DNA from: Vampirovibrionales bacterium
Lineage (GTDB): Bacteria > Cyanobacteriota > Vampirovibrionia > Vampirovibrionales > Vampirovibrionaceae
Direction of reading: 5' to 3'
NCBI GenBank assembly: GCA_029262635.1
Contig: JAJCZA010000029.1
Span: 29,938-93,937 of the forward strand
DNA: 64,000 nucleotides
Each line of letters opens with the position of its first letter. Position 1 is the stretch's first letter. A program made the position numbers and the translations under genes. Positions 9,115 to 17,671 of this stretch are shown here, piece by piece. Below the pieces are notes generated by a model. It did not search any database. It saw only the letters and a list, made by a program, of their open reading frames with translations, and was not told the DNA's origin.

Positions 9115-10287
9115 ATGGATGGGCAAGGACATACCTACGAAATTGTAATTAATAAAGACGAACTTCTGATTGAGCTGTCGTCAGATGATGTTTACTTTAT
9201 TTCCAAGCAGATGGATAAATGGTTCAAAATCCTGTTGGATGATAGCTATGTTCCTGTCAGTATACCCACCCCACCTCAAGCATTGCCAGCTCCTCCTGCT
9301 CAGGAAGAAGAACGTTCTCCTCAACCACCTTCTCTTCCACCAGAGCAACCTCAGCCGACCCAACAGCCGATTATGTCAGCTAACGACATGAGTCAGGTTC
9401 ACTTGCCCCATGAAATGCCTTCACAGCAATATTCTCAACAAGCGTATACTCAACCTGTTCAGTCTCATCCTGGGGTTCAGCCCTCTGTCATGCCTGCTCC
9501 GCCCCCTGTAGAAAACTATCCCCAGCCTGTTCAAAATTATAATCAACCTCAACAGAATCAAGCTGTTCAGCCTATGTTACCCCCTGTAGAGAACTCAACT
9601 CCTACACCGATACCGGCCGCTCATACCGCTCCGCCGAGTTCAATGCAGCCCATGCGGCCTTCTCCAGCTATTTCCCAACGTATGTCACCTTCAACAGCTC
9701 AGGTACAGCAACAAATTAACCCTTCGGCTCAGCCGGCGGCCCCGTTGCCACAGACGGAGTCGGTCCCTCACCCCATGGCTTCAACTCCTCCTGGAAGCGG
9801 GCCGGAATATTATCTGCCAGAACCGGAGGAGGTTTCTTTGCCTCAAGAAGCACCGGGTTTGGAAGCGCCATTACCTGCTGCTCTTGTGGAACAAACAGAA
9901 GAGGGAGAAGGCGATTTTGAGCGGGTTATGGATACGCTCATGGAGGATTTAGGCGAAAGTGATGCGACGCCATTTCAAGAAGAAGCTGACGAAACCATTA
10001 CCTCTTTGAGTGAACTGTGTAAAAAGGGGAATGCCAGTACGTCCGAAGATTTTATGTTGTTTACGGCTTATTATTTGACCTATTTTGAAGCGGTTGAGAA
10101 TTTTTCTCTTAAGCAACTAAACTCCGCAATGGTGAAATCGGGTTTAACCCCGGTAAATCACAGTGTCTTGGAAGTTGCACTTTCTAAAGGCTTTTTATCA
10201 ATGGTCCCTGATTTAACAGGGACTATGAATGTAACTGAGTATGCCTTAAGTCCTGAGGGTCAGCAGTACACAACCAACCTACTTTAG
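9115..10287 (+). CDS. hypothetical protein: short N-domain, long Pro/Gln-rich linker, C-terminal winged-helix-like domain
   Basis: Composition; the C-terminal AYYL...FSLKQLN...KGFL...YALSPEG pattern is wHTH-like (inference). Confidence 0.75.
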   Translation: MDGQGHTYEIVINKDELLIELSSDDVYFISKQMDKWFKILLDDSYVPVSIPTPPQALPAPPAQEEERSPQPPSLPPEQPQPTQQPIMSANDMSQVHLPHEMPSQQYSQQAYTQPVQSHPGVQPSVMPAPPPVENYPQPVQNYNQPQQNQAVQPMLPPVENSTPTPIPAAHTAPPSSMQPMRPSPAISQRMSPSTAQVQQQINPSAQPAAPLPQTESVPHPMASTPPGSGPEYYLPEPEEVSLPQEAPGLEAPLPAALVEQTEEGEGDFERVMDTLMEDLGESDATPFQEEADETITSLSELCKKGNASTSEDFMLFTAYYLTYFEAVENFSLKQLNSAMVKSGLTPVNHSVLEVALSKGFLSMVPDLTGTMNVTEYALSPEGQQYTTNLL

Positions 10288-10438
10288 GGCGGGTTACAGC
10301 GGTGATAAATAGACCCTTTGGTAATATCTATTTACATAAAAAGCCCATTTTTATGTAAATTCTGCATCTTTTTTGCTTTTTTGCTATTTTAAACCTGTAG
10401 AATATGACCGATAGCAAGCAGACTGGAGGGTTTTTCCC

Positions 10439-11434
10439 GTGACCGCAATCGAAATGAGGGTACCTGAGTTGGAGCAAGAGCGTAAGCCATCTGATACAAA
10501 TCAGGTTAAGATCTTCACCGGTCGTGCCAACCCCGTTCTTGCTGCGGAAATCGCTAAATACCTTGGGACTGAGTTAAGCGAGATTAATGTTAAAAATTTT
10601 AGTGATGGAGAAACTTACGTCAGGGTTGAGGAAAGTGTCCGAGGCCATGACGTTTTTGTTATTCAGCCGACTTGCAATCCGGTAAATGAAAATCTGATGG
10701 AACTGCTCCTGATGATTGATGCTCTCAAACGTTCTAGTGCCAACACCATTACAGCGGTAATTCCTTATTTTGGTTATGCTCGACAAGATCGAAAAACCGT
10801 GGGGCGAGAAGCGATTTCCGCTAAACTGGTTGCCGATATGATTTCAACGGCAGGTGCGCATCGGGTTGTGGCAATGGAGCTTCATACCGGACAGCTTCAA
10901 GGCTTTTTTAATATTTTAACGGATCATCTGTTCGCTACCCCGGCGTTTATGGCTTACCTGAAAGAGAAAAATCTGGACGATCTGGTGATTGTATCGCCCG
11001 ATGCGGGAGGGGTTGAGCGTGCTCGGGTTTATGCAAAAAAACTGGGCGCCCCCATTGCGATTATTGATAAACGGCGAAGCGAGCATAATAAAGCACAGGT
11101 CTACCACATTATTGGGGAAGTGAAGGACAAAAACGCTATTATTATTGATGACATGATCGACACCGGTGGTACCATTTGCGCCGGAGCTGAACTGGTTTTA
11201 AAAGAAGGTGCTAAAAGCGTATCAGCACTTGCCGCTCATGCGGTTTTTTCTGGCCCGGCAGTTAAGCGTTTGGAAGAATCAGTTTTCACTGAGGTTATTG
11301 TTAGTAACAGCATTCCCCTCTCGCCAGAGGCGGAAGCGTGCGAGAAGATTATACAACTTTCCATCGCTCCACTCTTAGGTGAGGCTATTCGTCGGATTCA
11401 TGACGATGAATCCGTTAGTCAGATGTTTGAGTAA
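10439..11434 (+). CDS. prs: ribose-phosphate pyrophosphokinase
   Basis: FSDGE, PYFGYARQDRK, VSPDAGG, IDDMIDTGGT. Confidence 0.98.
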   Translation: MTAIEMRVPELEQERKPSDTNQVKIFTGRANPVLAAEIAKYLGTELSEINVKNFSDGETYVRVEESVRGHDVFVIQPTCNPVNENLMELLLMIDALKRSSANTITAVIPYFGYARQDRKTVGREAISAKLVADMISTAGAHRVVAMELHTGQLQGFFNILTDHLFATPAFMAYLKEKNLDDLVIVSPDAGGVERARVYAKKLGAPIAIIDKRRSEHNKAQVYHIIGEVKDKNAIIIDDMIDTGGTICAGAELVLKEGAKSVSALAAHAVFSGPAVKRLEESVFTEVIVSNSIPLSPEAEACEKIIQLSIAPLLGEAIRRIHDDESVSQMFE

Positions 11435-11541
11435 CGTCTAACGGTTTCTTTCCGTGTAGGCCCTTTTCGCTTTTGGCACGACCGGGACTGTTTCAAGAAG
11501 ACTAATCTCACTGTTGCTACAAAAATAATAATTCATCTGTT

Positions 11542-11569
11542 TAGATGATGGGAATCGTAGCGCCGATAG
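11542..11569 (+). promoter_or_regulatory. possible sigma28-type promoter
   Basis: TAGA-N16-GCCGATAG versus consensus TAAA-N15/16-GCCGATAA. Confidence 0.45.
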
Positions 11570-11575
11570 TATATA

Positions 11576-11700
11576 TTACAAATGTAGGGTTAAGCCGGAC
11601 TTACAACCCAAAACTAACGACCATAGGCTGTCTTCCTCAACTACTCAGCAAATGCTCTTTCCTTCGCTTCCGATTATTCTTTATGATCGGGGCGTTTTTG
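11576..11700 (+). ncRNA. candidate small RNA
   Basis: Lies between the candidate promoter and a terminator; no ORF; 5' hairpin gggttaag...cttacaaccc; CU-rich middle. Confidence 0.35.
11665..11699 (+). terminator. intrinsic terminator
   Basis: cgcttccgat...atcggggcg stem followed by ttttt. Confidence 0.7.
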
Positions 11701-11744
11701 TTTCTAATTCTAGTTTAGCGAAATAAATTAGAGAAAAAATTTTC

Positions 11745-12050
11745 TCAGTCAGTGATCCCAAAAGATCGCTTATTCATTCTTTCTGACCACTTCGCTAAAG
11801 GATTTGACTCATTATGAGGTGCTTCGGCAACTAGAACAGTACTTTGAGTATAATTAGCTGTTATTCGTGTAAAAATATCGTTTTGATCGGGTACATCAAT
11901 CCCCACACCGCAATGGCTTGTTGGAGAGGTCTTAAACGCCACTTTGGCACCATTAAGCTGACTTGAAATGGGTCTAAAGTCAGAGGTTCGAATAAAAAAC
12001 AGGCTACCAAAAGCGGGCTGGGAAAAATGGGTATTGGATAATGGTGTCAT
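11745..12050 (-). CDS. hypothetical protein with N-terminal PAFG motif
   Basis: AAGGA RBS; MTPLSNTHFSQPAFGS. Confidence 0.6.
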   Translation of the reverse strand: MTPLSNTHFSQPAFGSLFFIRTSDFRPISSQLNGAKVAFKTSPTSHCGVGIDVPDQNDIFTRITANYTQSTVLVAEAPHNESNPLAKWSERMNKRSFGITD

Positions 12051-12155
12051 GAGAGAAAATCCTTTTCAAAGTGTGAAATGGTTATATCAAGGAGTTGTTA
12101 CGATAACAAACGGGTAACAAATTTTAAATTGCCTATTGGGCTAAGAAAATAACAT

Positions 12156-15100
12156 TTAGACAATACAAAGAGAGGGGCCAAAATGGTTTTTGAGCGTTGT
12201 CTCTAATTGTTCTCGTTCGTTGCTCACCCAAAATTGGGCACCAGTCTTGATGCGGCATTCATTTTTGATGTTAAGAATGACCGGGTTTGACCCCCGAGCT
12301 TTGGCCAAGAGGTTCCCAAGTAGGGCGATGTCCTCGTATCGAGGTATCTGTTCGAAAAATAAATTCAAAGGCTTAACCTCATCAATGGGACGAACCTCAT
12401 CGATAATAATGCTGTAATTTTCCTTATCATCGCCTCGAAAGGAGAGTTTGCCTTCCACGATAACCTTTTGTCCGTCCACGATGAACGGCTCCGCTTTTTC
12501 CAGTACGCTACTAAAGGCTACGATTTCTACCGGGGCGGTCAAATCCTCCAGTGTGGCAATCATCATGGGCGTGCCTTTTCGAGTGATGCGTTTTTGCACT
12601 TTGGATAGTAGGCCACCCAGAATGACTTTAGTGCCATCGTCCATAGACTTCAGCTCGTTGGCCTGATGGGTGACCATCATGGGCAGTTGATCAATCAGAC
12701 TGTCCAACGGATGGCTGGAGACGTAAAAGCCCAACAGTTCTTTTTCGGCTTGTTGAATGGTCTCGTTATCGTACTCTGAAGGGTCGCCGCTTAACATTAA
12801 ACCGCTGGTTTCCATGCCCTGATCCGTCATGAGGTCAAACAGGCTAGATTGTCCCGTGGCTTTTTGTTCTTGAATCCGGTTGCCAAACTGAATCAGGGTT
12901 TCCACATTTTCCAGTAAACGCTTGCGGGATTCGCCAAATTCGGAGAACGCACCGCAGCGAATCAGGGATTCCATGGTTTTTCGGTTCAATACTCGGGTAT
13001 CTACCCGGCGAAGAAAGTCTTCGAGTGAGTCGAAGAGCTTTTCGTCCCGAGCTTTGACGATTTCTTCCACCACGCCCATGCCCACGTTTTTTACCGAGGC
13101 TAACCCAAAGCGGATGGCTTCGCCGTCTGGGGTGAATTCGGCTCCAGAGGTCATGACGTCCGGTGCTAGAATTTTGATTCCCATTCGGCGGGCGGTGAGC
13201 ATGTAGTACTGGATTTTGTCTAAATCGTTCCGCACGCTTGAGAGTAGAGCTGAGAGATATTCAACCGGGTAATGGACTTTTAAATAGGCGGTTTGGTAAG
13301 CGACAAAAGCATAGGCCGCCGAGTGAGACCGGTTAAAACAATAGGCTGCAAACTCGCTCATCATGTCAAATAGCTCGTTAGAAAGGCTTTCCGGGACACT
13401 GTTTTCGTTACAGCCTTCCACAAAGCCGTCTCGCTCCTTGGCCATGACGTCGGCCTTTTTCTTGCCCATGGCCCGCCGGAGTAAATCTGCGCGTCCTAAT
13501 GAATAACCCGCCAAAATCTGAGCAATTTGCATGATCTGCTCTTGATAGACGACGGTGCCGTAGGTACTTTCCAAAATAGGCTCTAAGTCCGGGTGGGGGA
13601 AGACAATTTCCGAGCGCCCGTGTTTTCGATCCACAAACTGTTTGGCCATGCCGGAATTAAGTGGGCCGGGGCGAAACAAGGCGACTAGCGCGTTAATATC
13701 TTCAAACGTGGAGGGTTTTAGGTCTTTTTCCAGTTGCTTCATTCCACTGGATTCTAGCTGAAAAACCCCGTCTGTATCACCCAGTGATAGCATGGCGTAG
13801 ACTTTTTCATCATCTAGTGGGATGCTGTCAATTTCTAGGGCCACACCTTTTTTGTCTTTCACCCAACGAACAGTATTATCAATGATAGTCAGGTTTCGAA
13901 GGCCTAGGAAATCCATTTTAAGTAGTCCTAGCCGTTCTAAATCACCCATGGTGTATTGGGAAATCACCTGACCGTCTTTGGATTTCTGAATGGGCACAAT
14001 GTCCATCAGTGGATCCTTAGAAATTACCACACCTGCCGCATGAGTGCCCACGTTGCAAGCCGTTCCTTCTAGCTTCAGGGCCAGATCCACCAACTCTTTG
14101 ACTTCAGTTTTGGCTTCGTATTCGATGGCTAGTTCCATGCCCTTTTCGAGGGCGTCTTTGAGCTTGGTGCCTGGTGTGGCGGGAATCATTTTGGCCAGTC
14201 GATCGCTTTCAGCAAAGGGAATATCCATAACTCGGGCGACGGCTTTTAGTGCGGCACGGGCGGCCAGTGTACCAAATGTGGCAATCTGGCAGACTTTTTC
14301 CTTGCCATATAAATCCCGAACGTGTTGAATCACCTCTTCTCGACGTTCAATGCAGAAGTCGATATCAATATCAGGCATAGAGACCCGTTCCGGGTTTAGA
14401 AACCTTTCAAACAGGAGGTTATGCTCCAGTGGATCTAAATTTGTAATCCCCAGCACATAAGCCACAAGGCTTCCTGCCGCGGAGCCTCGACCAGGGCCAA
14501 CAGGAATGTTCAGTTCCCTCGCCCAATGGATGAACTCCCACGTAATGAGGAAATAAGCCGGAAAACCCATCTGGTTGATGATCCCCAGTTCATATTTCAG
14601 GCGCTTGTCTACGGTGTCATCAGGGTTCACTTCGCCATAGCGCTTTCGGGCATGTTCATAAACCACCCGCTCTAGCTCTTCCGCTTCACTGGTACCTTTG
14701 GGGAGCGGGTATTCCGGTAAAATAGAGACTCCTTGCTGGAGTTCCAGATTGCATTTATCGGCAACCTTGCCGGTGTTGTCGATAGCTCGCTTTACAATGG
14801 CCGAGTCCAGATGGTTGAACTTGAGAGCCAGCTCTTCGCCAGATTTAATATAGTATTCTGGTCCGTAGAACGAACCTCGATTGGATTCATGAACCGTTTT
14901 GCCTTCCTGCATGCAGAGCAAGATGCTATGAACTTCATGTTCACCGGCTCGGGTAAATCGACTGCTGTTGGTGGCAACCAGTTCCACGTTCAGTTCATCG
15001 GCGATTTTAATTGATTCGGTACTTAGACGATACTCGCCTTCTTTATCGTGGTCTTGCAGTTCAATGTAAAAATCATCGCCAAAAATAGCGTGGAGTCGTT

Positions 15101-15632
15101 GGGCATTGGCGTAAGCTTCCTCTGTATTTCCTCGTAAAAAGGGACGCCCAATCACTCCGGCCAGATCACCGCTCAGGGCTATAAGGCCTTCTGAATGTTG
15201 TTCCAGAAGCTTCCAGTTAATCCGGGGTTTATAATAAAATCCTTCAATCTGTGCCAGGCTCACCAGTTTGACAAGATTTTGATAGCCGGTCAGATTTTTG
15301 CAGAGGAGGGGCAGATAGTACCATTGCTGCTTGGTACTGCGATCCTGATGGTCGCCATCCACCAGAAAGACTTCACACCCGACGATAGGCTTAATGCCCG
15401 CATCTTTGGCTTTGTTATAAAACTCCACGGCACCGTACATGACCCCGCTATCGGTAATCCCCATGGCTGAAAATTTTTTCTCTTTGCCGACCTTGATTAA
15501 TTCGGGGATCTTGGTTGTGGCTTCCAGCAGGCTGTAATGGGTATGGATGTTCAATGGGACAAAGCCGGTTTCTGACTTTCCCTCAATGTCTTCAATCTTC
15601 CCAATGCTTTTTGTATCGCCCGTTTCCGTCAT
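12156..15632 (-). CDS. dnaE: DNA polymerase III alpha subunit (unsplit, no intein)
   Basis: PHP domain (HTHYSLL, YYKPR), GPGRGSAAGSL, MPDIDIDF, KMDFLGL, FNRSHS, OB fold. Confidence 0.98.
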   Translation of the reverse strand: MTETGDTKSIGKIEDIEGKSETGFVPLNIHTHYSLLEATTKIPELIKVGKEKKFSAMGITDSGVMYGAVEFYNKAKDAGIKPIVGCEVFLVDGDHQDRSTKQQWYYLPLLCKNLTGYQNLVKLVSLAQIEGFYYKPRINWKLLEQHSEGLIALSGDLAGVIGRPFLRGNTEEAYANAQRLHAIFGDDFYIELQDHDKEGEYRLSTESIKIADELNVELVATNSSRFTRAGEHEVHSILLCMQEGKTVHESNRGSFYGPEYYIKSGEELALKFNHLDSAIVKRAIDNTGKVADKCNLELQQGVSILPEYPLPKGTSEAEELERVVYEHARKRYGEVNPDDTVDKRLKYELGIINQMGFPAYFLITWEFIHWARELNIPVGPGRGSAAGSLVAYVLGITNLDPLEHNLLFERFLNPERVSMPDIDIDFCIERREEVIQHVRDLYGKEKVCQIATFGTLAARAALKAVARVMDIPFAESDRLAKMIPATPGTKLKDALEKGMELAIEYEAKTEVKELVDLALKLEGTACNVGTHAAGVVISKDPLMDIVPIQKSKDGQVISQYTMGDLERLGLLKMDFLGLRNLTIIDNTVRWVKDKKGVALEIDSIPLDDEKVYAMLSLGDTDGVFQLESSGMKQLEKDLKPSTFEDINALVALFRPGPLNSGMAKQFVDRKHGRSEIVFPHPDLEPILESTYGTVVYQEQIMQIAQILAGYSLGRADLLRRAMGKKKADVMAKERDGFVEGCNENSVPESLSNELFDMMSEFAAYCFNRSHSAAYAFVAYQTAYLKVHYPVEYLSALLSSVRNDLDKIQYYMLTARRMGIKILAPDVMTSGAEFTPDGEAIRFGLASVKNVGMGVVEEIVKARDEKLFDSLEDFLRRVDTRVLNRKTMESLIRCGAFSEFGESRKRLLENVETLIQFGNRIQEQKATGQSSLFDLMTDQGMETSGLMLSGDPSEYDNETIQQAEKELLGFYVSSHPLDSLIDQLPMMVTHQANELKSMDDGTKVILGGLLSKVQKRITRKGTPMMIATLEDLTAPVEIVAFSSVLEKAEPFIVDGQKVIVEGKLSFRGDDKENYSIIIDEVRPIDEVKPLNLFFEQIPRYEDIALLGNLLAKARGSNPVILNIKNECRIKTGAQFWVSNEREQLETTLKNHFGPSLCIV

Positions 15633-15780
15633 CGTGGCGCCTTTTATCCTTTCATCATCTCTCTTCTCTCAATCTCTCTTTTCTTAGTTTTCCCTATTGT
15701 CGCATCGAACCCCACCCCCGTAAAGTAACAAAACAGAGAATCCTTCAGCATGAAATTTTATAAAAAACGGTTAAGGGGGT

Positions 15781-17535
15781 CTACTTGATTTGGTTATAGG
15801 CGCTGTTGAGTAAGCCCAGGACATTAATCAGGCTGGCGTTGTAGAGGATTTGCGTCTCGTTAACGGAAAACGCTTTTTCATCATCCACGTAGCTCATAGC
15901 TTGCATACCTTTGGGCGTTTTGCCATCGTTGGGATAGTTGTTGGGACCAGCGACCAGCAAGCCGGGAATCACTTGGCCGCCTCGCTGAACGAATCGATGG
16001 TAGGGGTGTTTGACTGAATTGGGAGAGATGCCCGTGACATAGGTGATATCCACCGGGTTCATGCCAAAGAAATAGTGCACCATATTGGCTGCTGCTTCCC
16101 GGTATTTATTCCCATGGGTCATTCGGTAAGCCGAAAGCAGGATTGAGGCGTGTTCCAGAATTTGATGGTTAGAGCCACGCGTGTATTGCAATACGCTTAC
16201 GTGGTATGAATTGTTGTTCACTCGCTTTACCAGCATATCGGCTGAGTGTACAATTTGACGTCGAAAATAGTTAACGATGGTTTTATCCCGTTTATCACTC
16301 TGGGTGTATAGAACATAGTTCTCCATGCCCAGAATCACCGGATTTTTCCAGGAATAAGGTTCTATCTTGACCGATTTGTAGTTTTTTTCAATATAGTGGG
16401 CGTATTTAGCTTTTCCTGTGGCAAGATACAGCTCGATGGCCGCCCACAGTCGGTAGTTTCTATCACCTGCGGCGTTAATGTACTCTCGTGAACCGGCATC
16501 GTCATCTAAATCGACGTCAAGGAGATTTTCCGGGTGGGTTTCCAGGTATTTCCAGGCCCGTTCAGCGGCAATTAAATTTTTGACGGCATAGCCAAAATCA
16601 GCTTTTTTATAATTCCTAGAAGCAATGGCCATAACGGCCGCTCCAATGGCCGTATCTTGCGATGTGACACCAAACACATAGCGACGTTGCGTATCGTATT
16701 CCGGTGATTTTGTCGTAGGAAAAGATTTACCAGCCACTTTTCTGTAAAACACTCCGTCGTTTCGTTGCATGGCCAACAACCAGTCTAATCCGAATTTAAT
16801 TTCATGCAGGTAGTCCGCTACATCACCCAATCCCGGCTCTGCCATCGGATAATCCAGCTTGAGATAGCGCATGTTTTTAGGATCGACTTCGTTTACGGCT
16901 AGCATTTTAGCAACGGACAGACCTGTGGTGGTTACAAATTTGGCGTAATTATTACTGTTATACCAACCACCGCCGGCGTCTTTAAAAAAAATATCGCCCG
17001 TGTCCCGATCTTCCACGTAACCATCTTCCAGGTGAGTTGCCTCGCGAAGAATCCGGTTATTTTTTCCGACAAGCTCTTGTCCGCTTCGCTGTAGATAAAA
17101 CGAACGAACCGAAGGGATCATAGCATCCCAGTACAAGAATTCGGAAATATGAATCGGCACACTAATATCCGTGCCCTTAATCCGGAGCTGAAAATCACCG
17201 GGCTGTTTAAAATCAGAAAAATCAACAATCCAACGTTCCGCACCGGGGCCTTGCATTTTGTCGTCGACAAAGCGCTTAACGCTTTCTAGCTTGTAAAGTA
17301 CTTTGCCGATTTTAAAGGGAATAGCGTGTTTATAGGTTGGATCAAAAATTTCCAGTTTAACCTCGGTGCCCTTGGGCACATCTTCTAGAATGGCATGTTT
17401 AGTTGCGTTGGGATGATAGCCCACCTGATCGACTTTGAGCGTATAGGCGTCGGCGAAAAAACTGCCCATGAGCAAAAGGCACACGACCCAGAAGAAAATA
17501 GAACGAGATATCCACTTCCACGTTTGATGATTCAT
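15781..17535 (-). CDS. secreted GH9-family glycoside hydrolase-like protein (catalytic DAGD motif degenerate)
   Basis: Signal peptide from ATG 17535; KVDQVGY Ig-like N-domain, FYLQRSG, GGWY, G.NP...TYVTG, PYHR, YVDD....SVNE. Confidence 0.85.
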   Translation of the reverse strand: MNHQTWKWISRSIFFWVVCLLLMGSFFADAYTLKVDQVGYHPNATKHAILEDVPKGTEVKLEIFDPTYKHAIPFKIGKVLYKLESVKRFVDDKMQGPGAERWIVDFSDFKQPGDFQLRIKGTDISVPIHISEFLYWDAMIPSVRSFYLQRSGQELVGKNNRILREATHLEDGYVEDRDTGDIFFKDAGGGWYNSNNYAKFVTTTGLSVAKMLAVNEVDPKNMRYLKLDYPMAEPGLGDVADYLHEIKFGLDWLLAMQRNDGVFYRKVAGKSFPTTKSPEYDTQRRYVFGVTSQDTAIGAAVMAIASRNYKKADFGYAVKNLIAAERAWKYLETHPENLLDVDLDDDAGSREYINAAGDRNYRLWAAIELYLATGKAKYAHYIEKNYKSVKIEPYSWKNPVILGMENYVLYTQSDKRDKTIVNYFRRQIVHSADMLVKRVNNNSYHVSVLQYTRGSNHQILEHASILLSAYRMTHGNKYREAAANMVHYFFGMNPVDITYVTGISPNSVKHPYHRFVQRGGQVIPGLLVAGPNNYPNDGKTPKGMQAMSYVDDEKAFSVNETQILYNASLINVLGLLNSAYNQIK

Positions 17536-17671
17536 TAGATAAGGTGTCCTCATATACAATTCAAAAGCAACTTTTGTAATATTAAGATACCTCAACCCAG
17601 CGCGTATGTGTACAATGGATAGCATGTTTAGAACAAAACTTTTTGCAAAGCTGAATCTTGACTCCACACAG

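Noticed and set aside
10388-10414. sigma28-like box before prs (ACCGATAG)
   Set aside because: Spacing to TAAA is wrong; TTGCTA...TAGAAT sigma70-like elements explain the region better.
12190-15763. Many short antisense or alternative-frame ORFs inside dnaE and other long genes
   Set aside because: Shadow ORFs overlapping well-supported genes, with no RBS or motif.
7533-17535. Cellulosome-like system (dockerin plus GH9)
   Set aside because: Genes are unlinked, the dockerin-like protein has no signal peptide, GH9 has no dockerin, and no cohesin is seen.
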